IMG/VR virus record: IMGVR_UViG_3300043418_000114
Coordinates: 1 to 64,000 of that record
Direction: 5' to 3' (one strand)
Length of the DNA stretch: 64,000 bases
In this document: positions 37,977-45,630 of the stretch, piece by piece
How the letters are laid out: every line of letters begins with the position of its first letter
Position numbering within the stretch: the first letter of the stretch is position 1
Notes under the pieces: model-generated
The model's database searches: none
What the model saw: only the letters and a program-made list of their open reading frames with translations
Told to the model about the DNA's origin: nothing
Program-made: the position numbers and the translations under genes

Positions 37977-38490
37977 ACATACAAAAGGTAATCTACTCGA
38001 CCTAGCAGAAGCAGGCGAGTTCGATATTGTCGTTCAGGGCTGTAATTGCTTTAACGCAATGGGTGGTGGCATTGCCCGAGAGATTGCAGAACGTTATCCT
38101 TATGCGGCTCAAATTGACAATGAGACTAAACGAGGTGACTACATGAAGCTTGGCACATGGACAGAAAGCGAAGCCGGAGATTACTTTGATACTGTCACCT
38201 ATTCAAGAAACAATAAGTTTCAATTTGGTGATCCGAAGAGATTCACCATTATCAACGCCTATACACAATACAGTGTGTCTCGTGGTTTTGATGTGTTTGA
38301 GTATGTTGCATTTGAATTGATTTTGCAGAAACTCATTCATGAATATGGTGACAAGCGTATCGGATTGCCTTACATTGGCATGGGTCTTGCAGGCGGTGAC
38401 AAGGAAACTATCATTGGAATGATTGAAGCCTTTGCTCATGGTGTCGCAAGTAAAGGTGGCACTGTAACTTTGGTAGAGTTTGGAGGTTAA
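37969..38490 (+). CDS. macrodomain (Appr-1-p processing / ADP-ribosylhydrolase)
   Basis: KGNLLD, VQGCNCFNAMGGGIA, INAYTQ, LPYIGMGLAGG. Confidence 0.88.
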   Translation: MLKHTKGNLLDLAEAGEFDIVVQGCNCFNAMGGGIAREIAERYPYAAQIDNETKRGDYMKLGTWTESEAGDYFDTVTYSRNNKFQFGDPKRFTIINAYTQYSVSRGFDVFEYVAFELILQKLIHEYGDKRIGLPYIGMGLAGGDKETIIGMIEAFAHGVASKGGTVTLVEFGG

Positions 38491-38491
38491 T

Positions 38492-39442
38492 ATGTGGGAT
38501 AAAATTGGAATTTTTGAAGATGAAAAAGAACATGTTAAGAAGTATGTTTTCGAGAAAGATGATATCGCGGTCGAATCTGTACTATATCGGTACCCAACTT
38601 ATAGTGAACGCACTGTTCTTTGCATTAGTACCATGTGTGGTTGTCCTATGGGCTGTCGTTTCTGTGGTACAGGTGATTACTACGTTCGTAATCTCACCGC
38701 TGATGAAATTGTGGGACAAGCTGAGTACATTCTTGACACGCAAATAGACGGACTGGATCCAGCTAAGATTGGCAAGTTGCAAATCATGGTAATGAGCATG
38801 GGTGAGCCTGCACTGAATAAGAATTTGGAGCAAGCATTTGAAACTCTTTATGCGAAGTACCCTAACGCCGCACTGCTGATTAGCTCCAGTGGTCCTAAGG
38901 TTAGTTATGTTTGGATTCGTAACATGAGTGTTCGTATCCCTACTGTTGGGTTGCAGTTTAGTATTCACGAATCTACCGACGAGGCTCGTGATAAACTTAT
39001 TCCATTCGATAAGAAACTCAATCTAAAAGAGATTGCCGACATTGGCACACAATGGTTCTTAGACACTGGTCGTAAGCCATACTTTAACTATTGCGCTCAT
39101 GAAGGCAATAACACTGATGCAGACGTACAACGTATCAATGCATTGTTTAAACCAGAAATCTGGGAAGCAACGGTGTCCGTGATTTGTGAACGTGATAGCC
39201 ATGCAGTTGCAACTAACAATAAGCAACGTGACTTGGCAATTGACTTTGGCAACAAACTCGTTGAACAAGGTTATAATGTCAGAGTATTCGACCCTGCAGG
39301 ACAAGATACAATTGGTGGCGGTTGCGGTCAATTGTGGTATGTGCAAGATTGGATGAAAGATCATCCTGAGCATGTAAAGCCATCTGTAGGCTGTGGCTTG
39401 CAGAAAGTACACACACCTAAGGAGTGGAATCTATGCGTATGA
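38492..39442 (+). CDS. rlmN: RlmN/Cfr-family radical SAM RNA methyltransferase-like protein
   Basis: LCISTMCGCPMGCRFC, MSMGEP, FSIH, GGGCGQL. Confidence 0.8.
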   Translation: MWDKIGIFEDEKEHVKKYVFEKDDIAVESVLYRYPTYSERTVLCISTMCGCPMGCRFCGTGDYYVRNLTADEIVGQAEYILDTQIDGLDPAKIGKLQIMVMSMGEPALNKNLEQAFETLYAKYPNAALLISSSGPKVSYVWIRNMSVRIPTVGLQFSIHESTDEARDKLIPFDKKLNLKEIADIGTQWFLDTGRKPYFNYCAHEGNNTDADVQRINALFKPEIWEATVSVICERDSHAVATNNKQRDLAIDFGNKLVEQGYNVRVFDPAGQDTIGGGCGQLWYVQDWMKDHPEHVKPSVGCGLQKVHTPKEWNLCV

Positions 39443-39897
39443 TTAAAGCACCAGAGCAAGTGCCAGAGGATGGCATTCGTGTGTTTCTTGCTGGCTCAAT
39501 TGAAATGGGAGTTGCTGAACAATGGCAAGAGCGTTTGGCAAAACTTTTAGAAGACACTGATTGTATTCTAGTGAATCCTCGGCGTGATGATTGGGATTCA
39601 TCATGGGTACAATCTATTGACAATCCACAATTCAATGAACAAGTAAATTGGGAATTACACGGATTAGAAGATGCACACATTGTTGTGTTTTATTTTGATC
39701 CAAATACAAAAAGTCCAATTACACTAATGGAATTGGGATACGTAGCGGCAATGCCATGTGTTGATGTTGTAGTTTGTTGTCCAGAAGGATTCTGGCGCAA
39801 AGGCAATATTGATATCATGAGCAAGCGTTGTGGACTCGAAACGGCAAAAACTTTAGAAGAAGTTGCCGAATTCGTGAGGAATCAGTTGACTCAATAA
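39433..39897 (+). CDS. nucleoside 2-deoxyribosyltransferase-like protein
   Basis: VFLAGSI, NPRRDDW, QVNWEL, SPITLMELG. Confidence 0.8.
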   Translation: MRMIKAPEQVPEDGIRVFLAGSIEMGVAEQWQERLAKLLEDTDCILVNPRRDDWDSSWVQSIDNPQFNEQVNWELHGLEDAHIVVFYFDPNTKSPITLMELGYVAAMPCVDVVVCCPEGFWRKGNIDIMSKRCGLETAKTLEEVAEFVRNQLTQ

Positions 39898-39914
39898 TTC
39901 TGTTGTGTTATACT
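39886..39914 (+). promoter_or_regulatory. sigma70-type promoter
   Basis: TTGACT-N17-TATACT. Confidence 0.8.
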
Positions 39915-39924
39915 TGTGACAAGT

Positions 39925-39968
39925 CCTAGAGATAGACTTTAGGCAATTTAACTTTAAAGGAACTTTAA
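39925..39968 (+). promoter_or_regulatory. candidate cis-regulatory leader RNA, copy 3
   Basis: CCTAGAG-ATAGA-CTTTAGG then TTTAAAG-GAA-CTTTAAA hairpin covering RBS. Confidence 0.6.
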
Positions 39969-39969
39969 A

Positions 39970-41373
39970 ATGAAACTCGCAAAAAACATTCTGTTGAACA
40001 CAGACAGCTACAAAGTTAGCATGTTCAAACAATATCCAGCTGGCACTACAGGTGTATTCAGCTACATTGAAGCCCGCGGTGGCAAATACAATGAAACAGT
40101 CTTCTTCGGACTGCAAGCCTTTATTAAGGAATACTTACTTGACCCTATCACTCAAGCCGACATTGATATTGCAGATGAGATCCTTACTGCTCACGGAGAG
40201 CCCTTCAACCGAGAAGGATGGGAATACATTCTATCAGCACACGGTGGTTACCTTCCCGTCGTTATTCGTGCTGTTCCTGAAGGCACAGTTGTGCCTGTTA
40301 AAAATGTTCTGGCAACAATTGAAAATACTGATCCGAATGCGTATTGGTTGACAACTTGGCTCGAAACTGCCTTGCTTCGCGCAATCTGGTATCCTACCAC
40401 AGTTGCTACACAAAGCAAGACCATCAAGACAATCATTCAATCTTACTTGGAGAAATCAGGTGACCCTACTACAATTAGCTTTAAGTTGCACGATTTCGGT
40501 GCTCGTGGTGTGTCTAGCCTTGAATCAGCGGCTATCGGAGGTGCGGCACACTTGGTTAACTTCATGGGTAGCGATACTATTTCTGGTGTTCTGTATGCTC
40601 GGGAATTTTATAACGCTGGGGTTGCGGGCTTCTCTATCCCTGCCGCGGAGCACAGTACAGTTACTAGTTGGGGACGAGACAACGAAGTAAAAGCATATAG
40701 CAACATGGTTCGTCAATTTGGTATCCCTGGTGCAATTCTCGCTGTGGTATCTGACAGTTACGATATCTACAAAGCATGTGAAATGTGGGGTAGTGGCGAA
40801 TTGAAACAACAAGTTGTTGATTCGGGTGCTACTGTCGTGATTCGTCCTGATAGTGGTGATCCAGCAGAAGTGTTGCCAAAAATGTTGCGTATCTTGAGCG
40901 AAAAGTTCGGGTATACAACTAATGACAAAGGCTACAAAGTCTTGAACAACGTTCGTGTGATCTGGGGTGATGGTATCAATCAGTTGAGCATCCAAACAAT
41001 CTTCCGTACTGTTGTTGATCTTGGTGGCTATAGTGCTGACAACCTTGCATTCGGCATGGGTGGTGCCTTATTGCAACAACTTGACCGCGACACTCAGAAA
41101 TGGGCTATGAAGTGTTCAAGTGCTTGCATTGATGGTGAGTGGGTCGATGTATTCAAAGATCCAATCACTGATAGTGGCAAAACTAGTAAGAAAGGTCGTG
41201 TGACTCTGTGGACTAATAGTGGTGGTGAATACGCTACAAGCGTGAATGCTCCAACTGGCTGGACTGACAAAGGCATCGGCGGCTGGACTGAGGTACTCGA
41301 AGAAGTATACCGCGACGGCAAATTGGTCAAAGAAATTGACTTCGAAACTGTTCGCGCCAACAGCAACAAATAA
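39970..41373 (+). CDS. nadV: nicotinamide phosphoribosyltransferase
   Basis: TDSYKVS, LHDFGARG, SIPAAEHS, VSDSYD, IRPDSGDP, IWGDG, FGMGGALLQ, SKKG. Confidence 0.95.
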   Translation: MKLAKNILLNTDSYKVSMFKQYPAGTTGVFSYIEARGGKYNETVFFGLQAFIKEYLLDPITQADIDIADEILTAHGEPFNREGWEYILSAHGGYLPVVIRAVPEGTVVPVKNVLATIENTDPNAYWLTTWLETALLRAIWYPTTVATQSKTIKTIIQSYLEKSGDPTTISFKLHDFGARGVSSLESAAIGGAAHLVNFMGSDTISGVLYAREFYNAGVAGFSIPAAEHSTVTSWGRDNEVKAYSNMVRQFGIPGAILAVVSDSYDIYKACEMWGSGELKQQVVDSGATVVIRPDSGDPAEVLPKMLRILSEKFGYTTNDKGYKVLNNVRVIWGDGINQLSIQTIFRTVVDLGGYSADNLAFGMGGALLQQLDRDTQKWAMKCSSACIDGEWVDVFKDPITDSGKTSKKGRVTLWTNSGGEYATSVNAPTGWTDKGIGGWTEVLEEVYRDGKLVKEIDFETVRANSNK

Positions 41374-41400
41374 GAAATTGGGCATTTTGCCCATTTCTTT
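41372..41400 (+). terminator. probable terminator hairpin
   Basis: AAGAAATTGGGCA/TGCCCATTTCTT. Confidence 0.6.
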
Positions 41401-41403
41401 GAG

Positions 41404-41432
41404 TTGACATTTAAATCATTCACACATACAAT
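41404..41432 (+). promoter_or_regulatory. sigma70-type promoter
   Basis: TTGACA-N17-TACAAT. Confidence 0.85.
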
Positions 41433-41463
41433 CAATTTTCATTAAACTTATTGAAAGACAAAC

Positions 41464-42525
41464 ATGGCACGTTTTTTTAAAAATGGCAATACATACCGAG
41501 TAGCTTCTAACGAAGCGATGGACATTCGTGATCTGTTGCCTGCTGGTAACTACACAATCAAAGTTCCCCCAATGGGCGATATGTACCTTGAACATATCGA
41601 AGACTTCTCCATTCCTTCTAAGGTCTATGGTGATTGTCTCAAGAACACTGATCGCATCATGCAAACATTCATGAAACGTCCTGCGGCGACTGGTGTTATG
41701 TTGACTGGCGAAAAAGGTTCTGGCAAAACTCTGTTGACTAAGAACATTGCTACTCAGTTGGCAAAACAACATAACGTTCCCACAATCGTTATCAATCAGC
41801 CTCTGTGCGGTGAAAACTTCAACACATTCATCCAGTCTATTGATCAACCATGTGTGATCTTGTTTGATGAATTCGAGAAGGTCTATGATCGTGATGACCA
41901 AGAAAAGATTCTGACTCTGTTGGATGGCGTGTTCCCTTCTAAGAAACTGTTCTTGATTACTACCAACGACAAGTACCGTGTTGACTATCACATGCGTAAT
42001 CGTCCTGGTCGTATCTTCTACATGTTGGACTTCAAAGGTTTGGATTCTACGTTCATTCGTGAATACTGCGAAGATGCCTTGAACGATACTACTCATATTG
42101 ACCGTATCGTCAATATCTCTAGCTTGTTCGCTGAATTCAACTTTGACATGCTGAAAGCATTGGTCGAAGAAATGAATCGTTACAACGAATCTCCACAGGA
42201 AGCACTGCGTATGCTGAATGCTAAACCTGAGTTTGACGGTGGTTCTAAGTATGACGTTCAGGTTATTCACAATGGCCAGGAAGTCAAGGGCGATATTCAC
42301 CCATCTATCTTTGACGGTAACCCATTGCAACCTAAGGGTCTGGAAGTATCTTTTGATATGGATCCAGATGACGATTCTTGCGACTGGGAAAACTGCCACT
42401 TCAATGCTAACGCATTGGTCTCTGTTGATGCACAGATTGGCAAGTTTGTGTTCGAAGACAAGGGTACTCGCTTGATTCTGACTAAGGTCAAGAGCAAGCA
42501 ATACGATTACTTGTCTGCATTCTAA
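41464..42525 (+). CDS. AAA+ ATPase
   Basis: GEKGSGKT, ILFDEFEK, LLDG, LITTN, RPGR. Confidence 0.88.
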   Translation: MARFFKNGNTYRVASNEAMDIRDLLPAGNYTIKVPPMGDMYLEHIEDFSIPSKVYGDCLKNTDRIMQTFMKRPAATGVMLTGEKGSGKTLLTKNIATQLAKQHNVPTIVINQPLCGENFNTFIQSIDQPCVILFDEFEKVYDRDDQEKILTLLDGVFPSKKLFLITTNDKYRVDYHMRNRPGRIFYMLDFKGLDSTFIREYCEDALNDTTHIDRIVNISSLFAEFNFDMLKALVEEMNRYNESPQEALRMLNAKPEFDGGSKYDVQVIHNGQEVKGDIHPSIFDGNPLQPKGLEVSFDMDPDDDSCDWENCHFNANALVSVDAQIGKFVFEDKGTRLILTKVKSKQYDYLSAF

Positions 42526-42549
42526 AAAAGCCCCTTCGGGGGCTTTTTT
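42524..42549 (+). terminator. bidirectional rho-independent terminator
   Basis: A6-GCCCC-TTCG-GGGGC-T6. Confidence 0.9.
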
Positions 42550-42551
42550 GT

Positions 42552-42581
42552 TTGACAGTAAATCAGTTTCTGGTTTATAAT
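42552..42581 (+). promoter_or_regulatory. sigma70-type promoter
   Basis: TTGACA-N18-TATAAT. Confidence 0.75.
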
Positions 42582-42611
42582 ATGTCATATTCAAACACAA
42601 CGGAGTATGAC

Positions 42612-42851
42612 ATGTCTAAAGTTCAAATTGGTTCTATCATCAAATCTTTTGACTTCCCTGGCAATCTTAATTGCTACATGGTAGGTAAAGTCACTAACGT
42701 TGATGGCGACTTCATTTCCTGTGATACAATCAAACAAGTGTTCTCTGGTATTGCCGAAGAAATCACTGAATTCAACAAAACATTTCGTACAGTAGCACAA
42801 GGTCAAGGCATGTTTGATGACAAGTTTGAACGTGTTGTTGTAATCGCATAA
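42612..42851 (+). CDS. early hypothetical protein
   Basis: GGAG RBS; IKSFDFPG. Confidence 0.7.
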   Translation: MSKVQIGSIIKSFDFPGNLNCYMVGKVTNVDGDFISCDTIKQVFSGIAEEITEFNKTFRTVAQGQGMFDDKFERVVVIA

Positions 42852-42860
42852 GGAGTAACT

Positions 42861-43187
42861 ATGCAAATCTGTATCCCTAACGTTGGTCAACATCTTGAAT
42901 TGACTAGTGATTGGCCAATTGATATTCTTCATGACTATGATAATATTCAAATGCTCAAGCATATGAATGTCAATCTACAGTATTACGTCAATAAGCAAAA
43001 GGTTGTTGACAGATTTGTTATGCCAGCTGGCGCTTGGATGAAGATTGAACAGGTCTACATCCGCAAAGGATCAGCAGATGCGAGTTCGTTGAAACTACTG
43101 TGGCGTAATCCTCCTGGTGGCAAGAGTATTCGTTTTCGTGCATCACTTGCTGATGTTAACAAACTTGATTGTGCAATTTACGATTGA
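42861..43187 (+). CDS. hypothetical protein
   Basis: AAGGAG RBS; 108 aa. Confidence 0.75.
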   Translation: MQICIPNVGQHLELTSDWPIDILHDYDNIQMLKHMNVNLQYYVNKQKVVDRFVMPAGAWMKIEQVYIRKGSADASSLKLLWRNPPGGKSIRFRASLADVNKLDCAIYD

Positions 43188-43212
43188 CACTGGCCGATAG
43201 CTGTCGTATAAT
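43184..43212 (+). promoter_or_regulatory. consensus sigma70 promoter
   Basis: TTGACA-N17-TATAAT. Confidence 0.9.
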
Positions 43213-43239
43213 CGCTTTTTTATTTTATTTGGAATCTGA

Positions 43240-44247
43240 ATGTCTAGTGTAGTTCGAATTAAATCTGGTTTCTATCGTCATTATCCCGTCAAAGGAATTG
43301 TATTCAATCTGATTAAAGGCTATCGCTATGGCACTCGTTGTGGGTTTGTGACTGTTGAGAACACTGGTCAGTTTCCAGGCTTTCCCGACACCCTGCGTAT
43401 CAAAGTGGTCGATCAACATCAAATCGAATATCTCTCTGGTCATGAATCAGTTGAAGAAGATATCATTGAAGAAGAATCTGATGATGATGCAATGGATCGT
43501 ATTGCTAGTCGTTTTGGTGTACTCGATGAAATGTCCAAAGCATGTATTGCTGGTGACATTCGTGCCATGATCGTTACTGGTCCTGCAGGTATTGGCAAGT
43601 CGCATGGTGTCACCACGCAAATGGAAAAAGCATCCTTATTCAATGCAGTGACAGGTGATAAGCCTCGCTTTGAAATTGTCAAAGGTGCAATGTCCGGTAT
43701 TGGTCTGTTTGTGAAGCTACACCAATACAATGATAAGAAAAACGTTTTGATATTTGACGATTGTGATATCTGGGAAGACCAAGACGCTATCAATATTCTG
43801 AAGGGTGCGCTGGATAGTGGCAAAACTCGTCGTATCTCGTGGAACAAAGATTCTCGCATTCTTAAAGACGAAGGCATTCCTAACACGTTTGACTTTAACG
43901 GATCGATTATCTTTATCACTAATAAGACGTTCGACAATCGCCGAGCAAGCAAGATTCAGCCTCACTTGGATGCTCTACAGTCTCGTTGTCACTTTCTTGA
44001 TCTGACTGTCAATACTGAACGTGATAAGATGCTTCGCATCAAGCAAGTGCATCGTGACGCTCCTGGTGGTCTGTTTGCTGACTATGAGTTTGATGAATTA
44101 CAGACGGATGAAATCATGAATTTCATATGGGACAATCATGAAAAACTGCGTGAAATTTCTCTGCGTATGTGTTTGAAGATTGCTGATCTAGTAAAGATTA
44201 GTAGCAACTGGCGTATGCTTGCACGTGCAACTTGTATGCGTGAGTAA
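43240..44247 (+). CDS. P-loop/AAA-like ATPase with extra N-terminal domain
   Basis: GPAGIGKS, LIFDDCD, ALQSR. Confidence 0.8.
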   Translation: MSSVVRIKSGFYRHYPVKGIVFNLIKGYRYGTRCGFVTVENTGQFPGFPDTLRIKVVDQHQIEYLSGHESVEEDIIEEESDDDAMDRIASRFGVLDEMSKACIAGDIRAMIVTGPAGIGKSHGVTTQMEKASLFNAVTGDKPRFEIVKGAMSGIGLFVKLHQYNDKKNVLIFDDCDIWEDQDAINILKGALDSGKTRRISWNKDSRILKDEGIPNTFDFNGSIIFITNKTFDNRRASKIQPHLDALQSRCHFLDLTVNTERDKMLRIKQVHRDAPGGLFADYEFDELQTDEIMNFIWDNHEKLREISLRMCLKIADLVKISSNWRMLARATCMRE

Positions 44248-44276
44248 TTGACACTAAATGGGTTTGGATGTATAAT
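44248..44276 (+). promoter_or_regulatory. consensus sigma70 promoter
   Basis: TTGACA-N17-TATAAT. Confidence 0.9.
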
Positions 44277-44307
44277 TCGTTCATCGACAACATAATTGGA
44301 GCTACTG

Positions 44308-44547
44308 ATGAACGAACGAATTAAACAACTTGCGATACAAGCTGACAACTATGCTTACAAGATGAATCCTGAAGAAGATTCGTATGGTCGTCCTGCAAAT
44401 CCTCGCAAGTTTCAACAAGACCGTGATACAAAGTTCGCCGAGTTGCTTGTTAAAGAATGTGCCATAATTGCTAATCGTGCTGAGAATACTGAAACTGAGA
44501 TACGGTGTATGTATGATGTGATTACTGAACATTTCGGAGTTGAATGA
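44308..44547 (+). CDS. small early protein, MNERIKQL family copy 1
   Basis: MNERIKQL...KFAELLVKECA...EHFGVE. Confidence 0.75.
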   Translation: MNERIKQLAIQADNYAYKMNPEEDSYGRPANPRKFQQDRDTKFAELLVKECAIIANRAENTETEIRCMYDVITEHFGVE

Positions 44548-44756
44548 TGAACGAACGAATTAAACAACTTGGCAGTCAGGCTCGTGAATACGCCCACGAG
44601 CAAGCGGCTATGATGGACAATACTTATCTACGAGCATTCGAAGATAAGTTTGCCGAATTGATTGTCCGGGAATGTGCCGAGTTTGTTGAAAATGAAATAG
44701 AAGTAGCTGGTTATAAGGTAAAGCGAATCTTAAAACATTTCGGAGTTGAAGAATGA
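44544..44756 (+). CDS. small early protein, MNERIKQL family copy 2
   Basis: MNERIKQL...KFAELIVRECA...KHFGVEE. Confidence 0.75.
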   Translation: MMNERIKQLGSQAREYAHEQAAMMDNTYLRAFEDKFAELIVRECAEFVENEIEVAGYKVKRILKHFGVEE

Positions 44757-45553
44757 GTATCATCCAAGCCTATAAGTCAGACGCTGACGGCAAAATCTTT
44801 GAAGACAAAAAGAAGTATCAAGCACACTTGCGTAAACTCGCCGCTGGTCGTCGTGCTGAAAAGAAAGTAGCAAAGATGGAAGCCGAGCGAGAAGTATTTC
44901 TCGCTAAGATGGGCCAAGTCAAAAGTCTTGCTGAATTGAATCAGTTTATCAAGGACAACTGGAAGTGGTTCTGGGCCAACGGAGCACAACATGACTTCTA
45001 TCGATGGACTCGCACCAACAAGACAGACTCTGCTCCGTTTCACGAATATCATGATATTGAGATTAGTAACCTGTTCTTTAAAGAAGACTTGAGTAACAGT
45101 CACAGTAGCCCTCGTAAAGGTGTACAAAACTTTGACACTCGTGCTGACTACAACAAAGGTAAGCCAACTGGATACCCTGGCTGGACTGGTCGCATCAACA
45201 TCAAAGTTAAGCCTCCAATGAGCAAGCACAAGAAAGACCCATACATGTACGATGGTTGGGGCAGTGCTTACTTTGAGAACACTACTATCAACACCGGTAG
45301 TGGCGGTGGTGGAGGTGGCACTGATTTTAAGAGTTATAGCTACGATGTTAAGATTTGGGCCGCTGACTTCCCCGTGATGTACGAAGCACTACGTAAGGAT
45401 CAATGGATTCAGGAAGAGAATGCTGAACGTCTATATATTTGGCGTCAACTTGGTGGCAAGGGATTGCCACAAGGTGTAACCGAAGCAGACATTCCAAGTG
45501 ATTGGGTTCCATCTGATCCACTTAAGGGCGACTATAACAGATCGTCATGGTAA
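44753..45553 (+). CDS. hypothetical protein
   Basis: 266 aa; GSGGGGG stretch. Confidence 0.75.
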   Translation: MSIIQAYKSDADGKIFEDKKKYQAHLRKLAAGRRAEKKVAKMEAEREVFLAKMGQVKSLAELNQFIKDNWKWFWANGAQHDFYRWTRTNKTDSAPFHEYHDIEISNLFFKEDLSNSHSSPRKGVQNFDTRADYNKGKPTGYPGWTGRINIKVKPPMSKHKKDPYMYDGWGSAYFENTTINTGSGGGGGGTDFKSYSYDVKIWAADFPVMYEALRKDQWIQEENAERLYIWRQLGGKGLPQGVTEADIPSDWVPSDPLKGDYNRSSW

Positions 45554-45559
45554 ACTAAT

Positions 45560-45585
45560 AAAGGAAGACTTCGGTCTTCCTTTTT
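45560..45585 (+). terminator. rho-independent terminator
   Basis: AAAGGAAGAC-TTCG-GTCTTCCTTT-TT. Confidence 0.85.
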
Positions 45586-45595
45586 ACCTATTTTG

Positions 45596-45624
45596 TTGCA
45601 TAAAGTATCTGTATCTGTCATAAT
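45596..45624 (+). promoter_or_regulatory. sigma70-type promoter
   Basis: TTGCAT-N17-CATAAT. Confidence 0.55.
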
Positions 45625-45630
45625 GACAGA

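Noticed and set aside
41416-42600. 394-aa minus-strand ORF
   Set aside because: Antisense shadow of the AAA ATPase; it also crosses a terminator.
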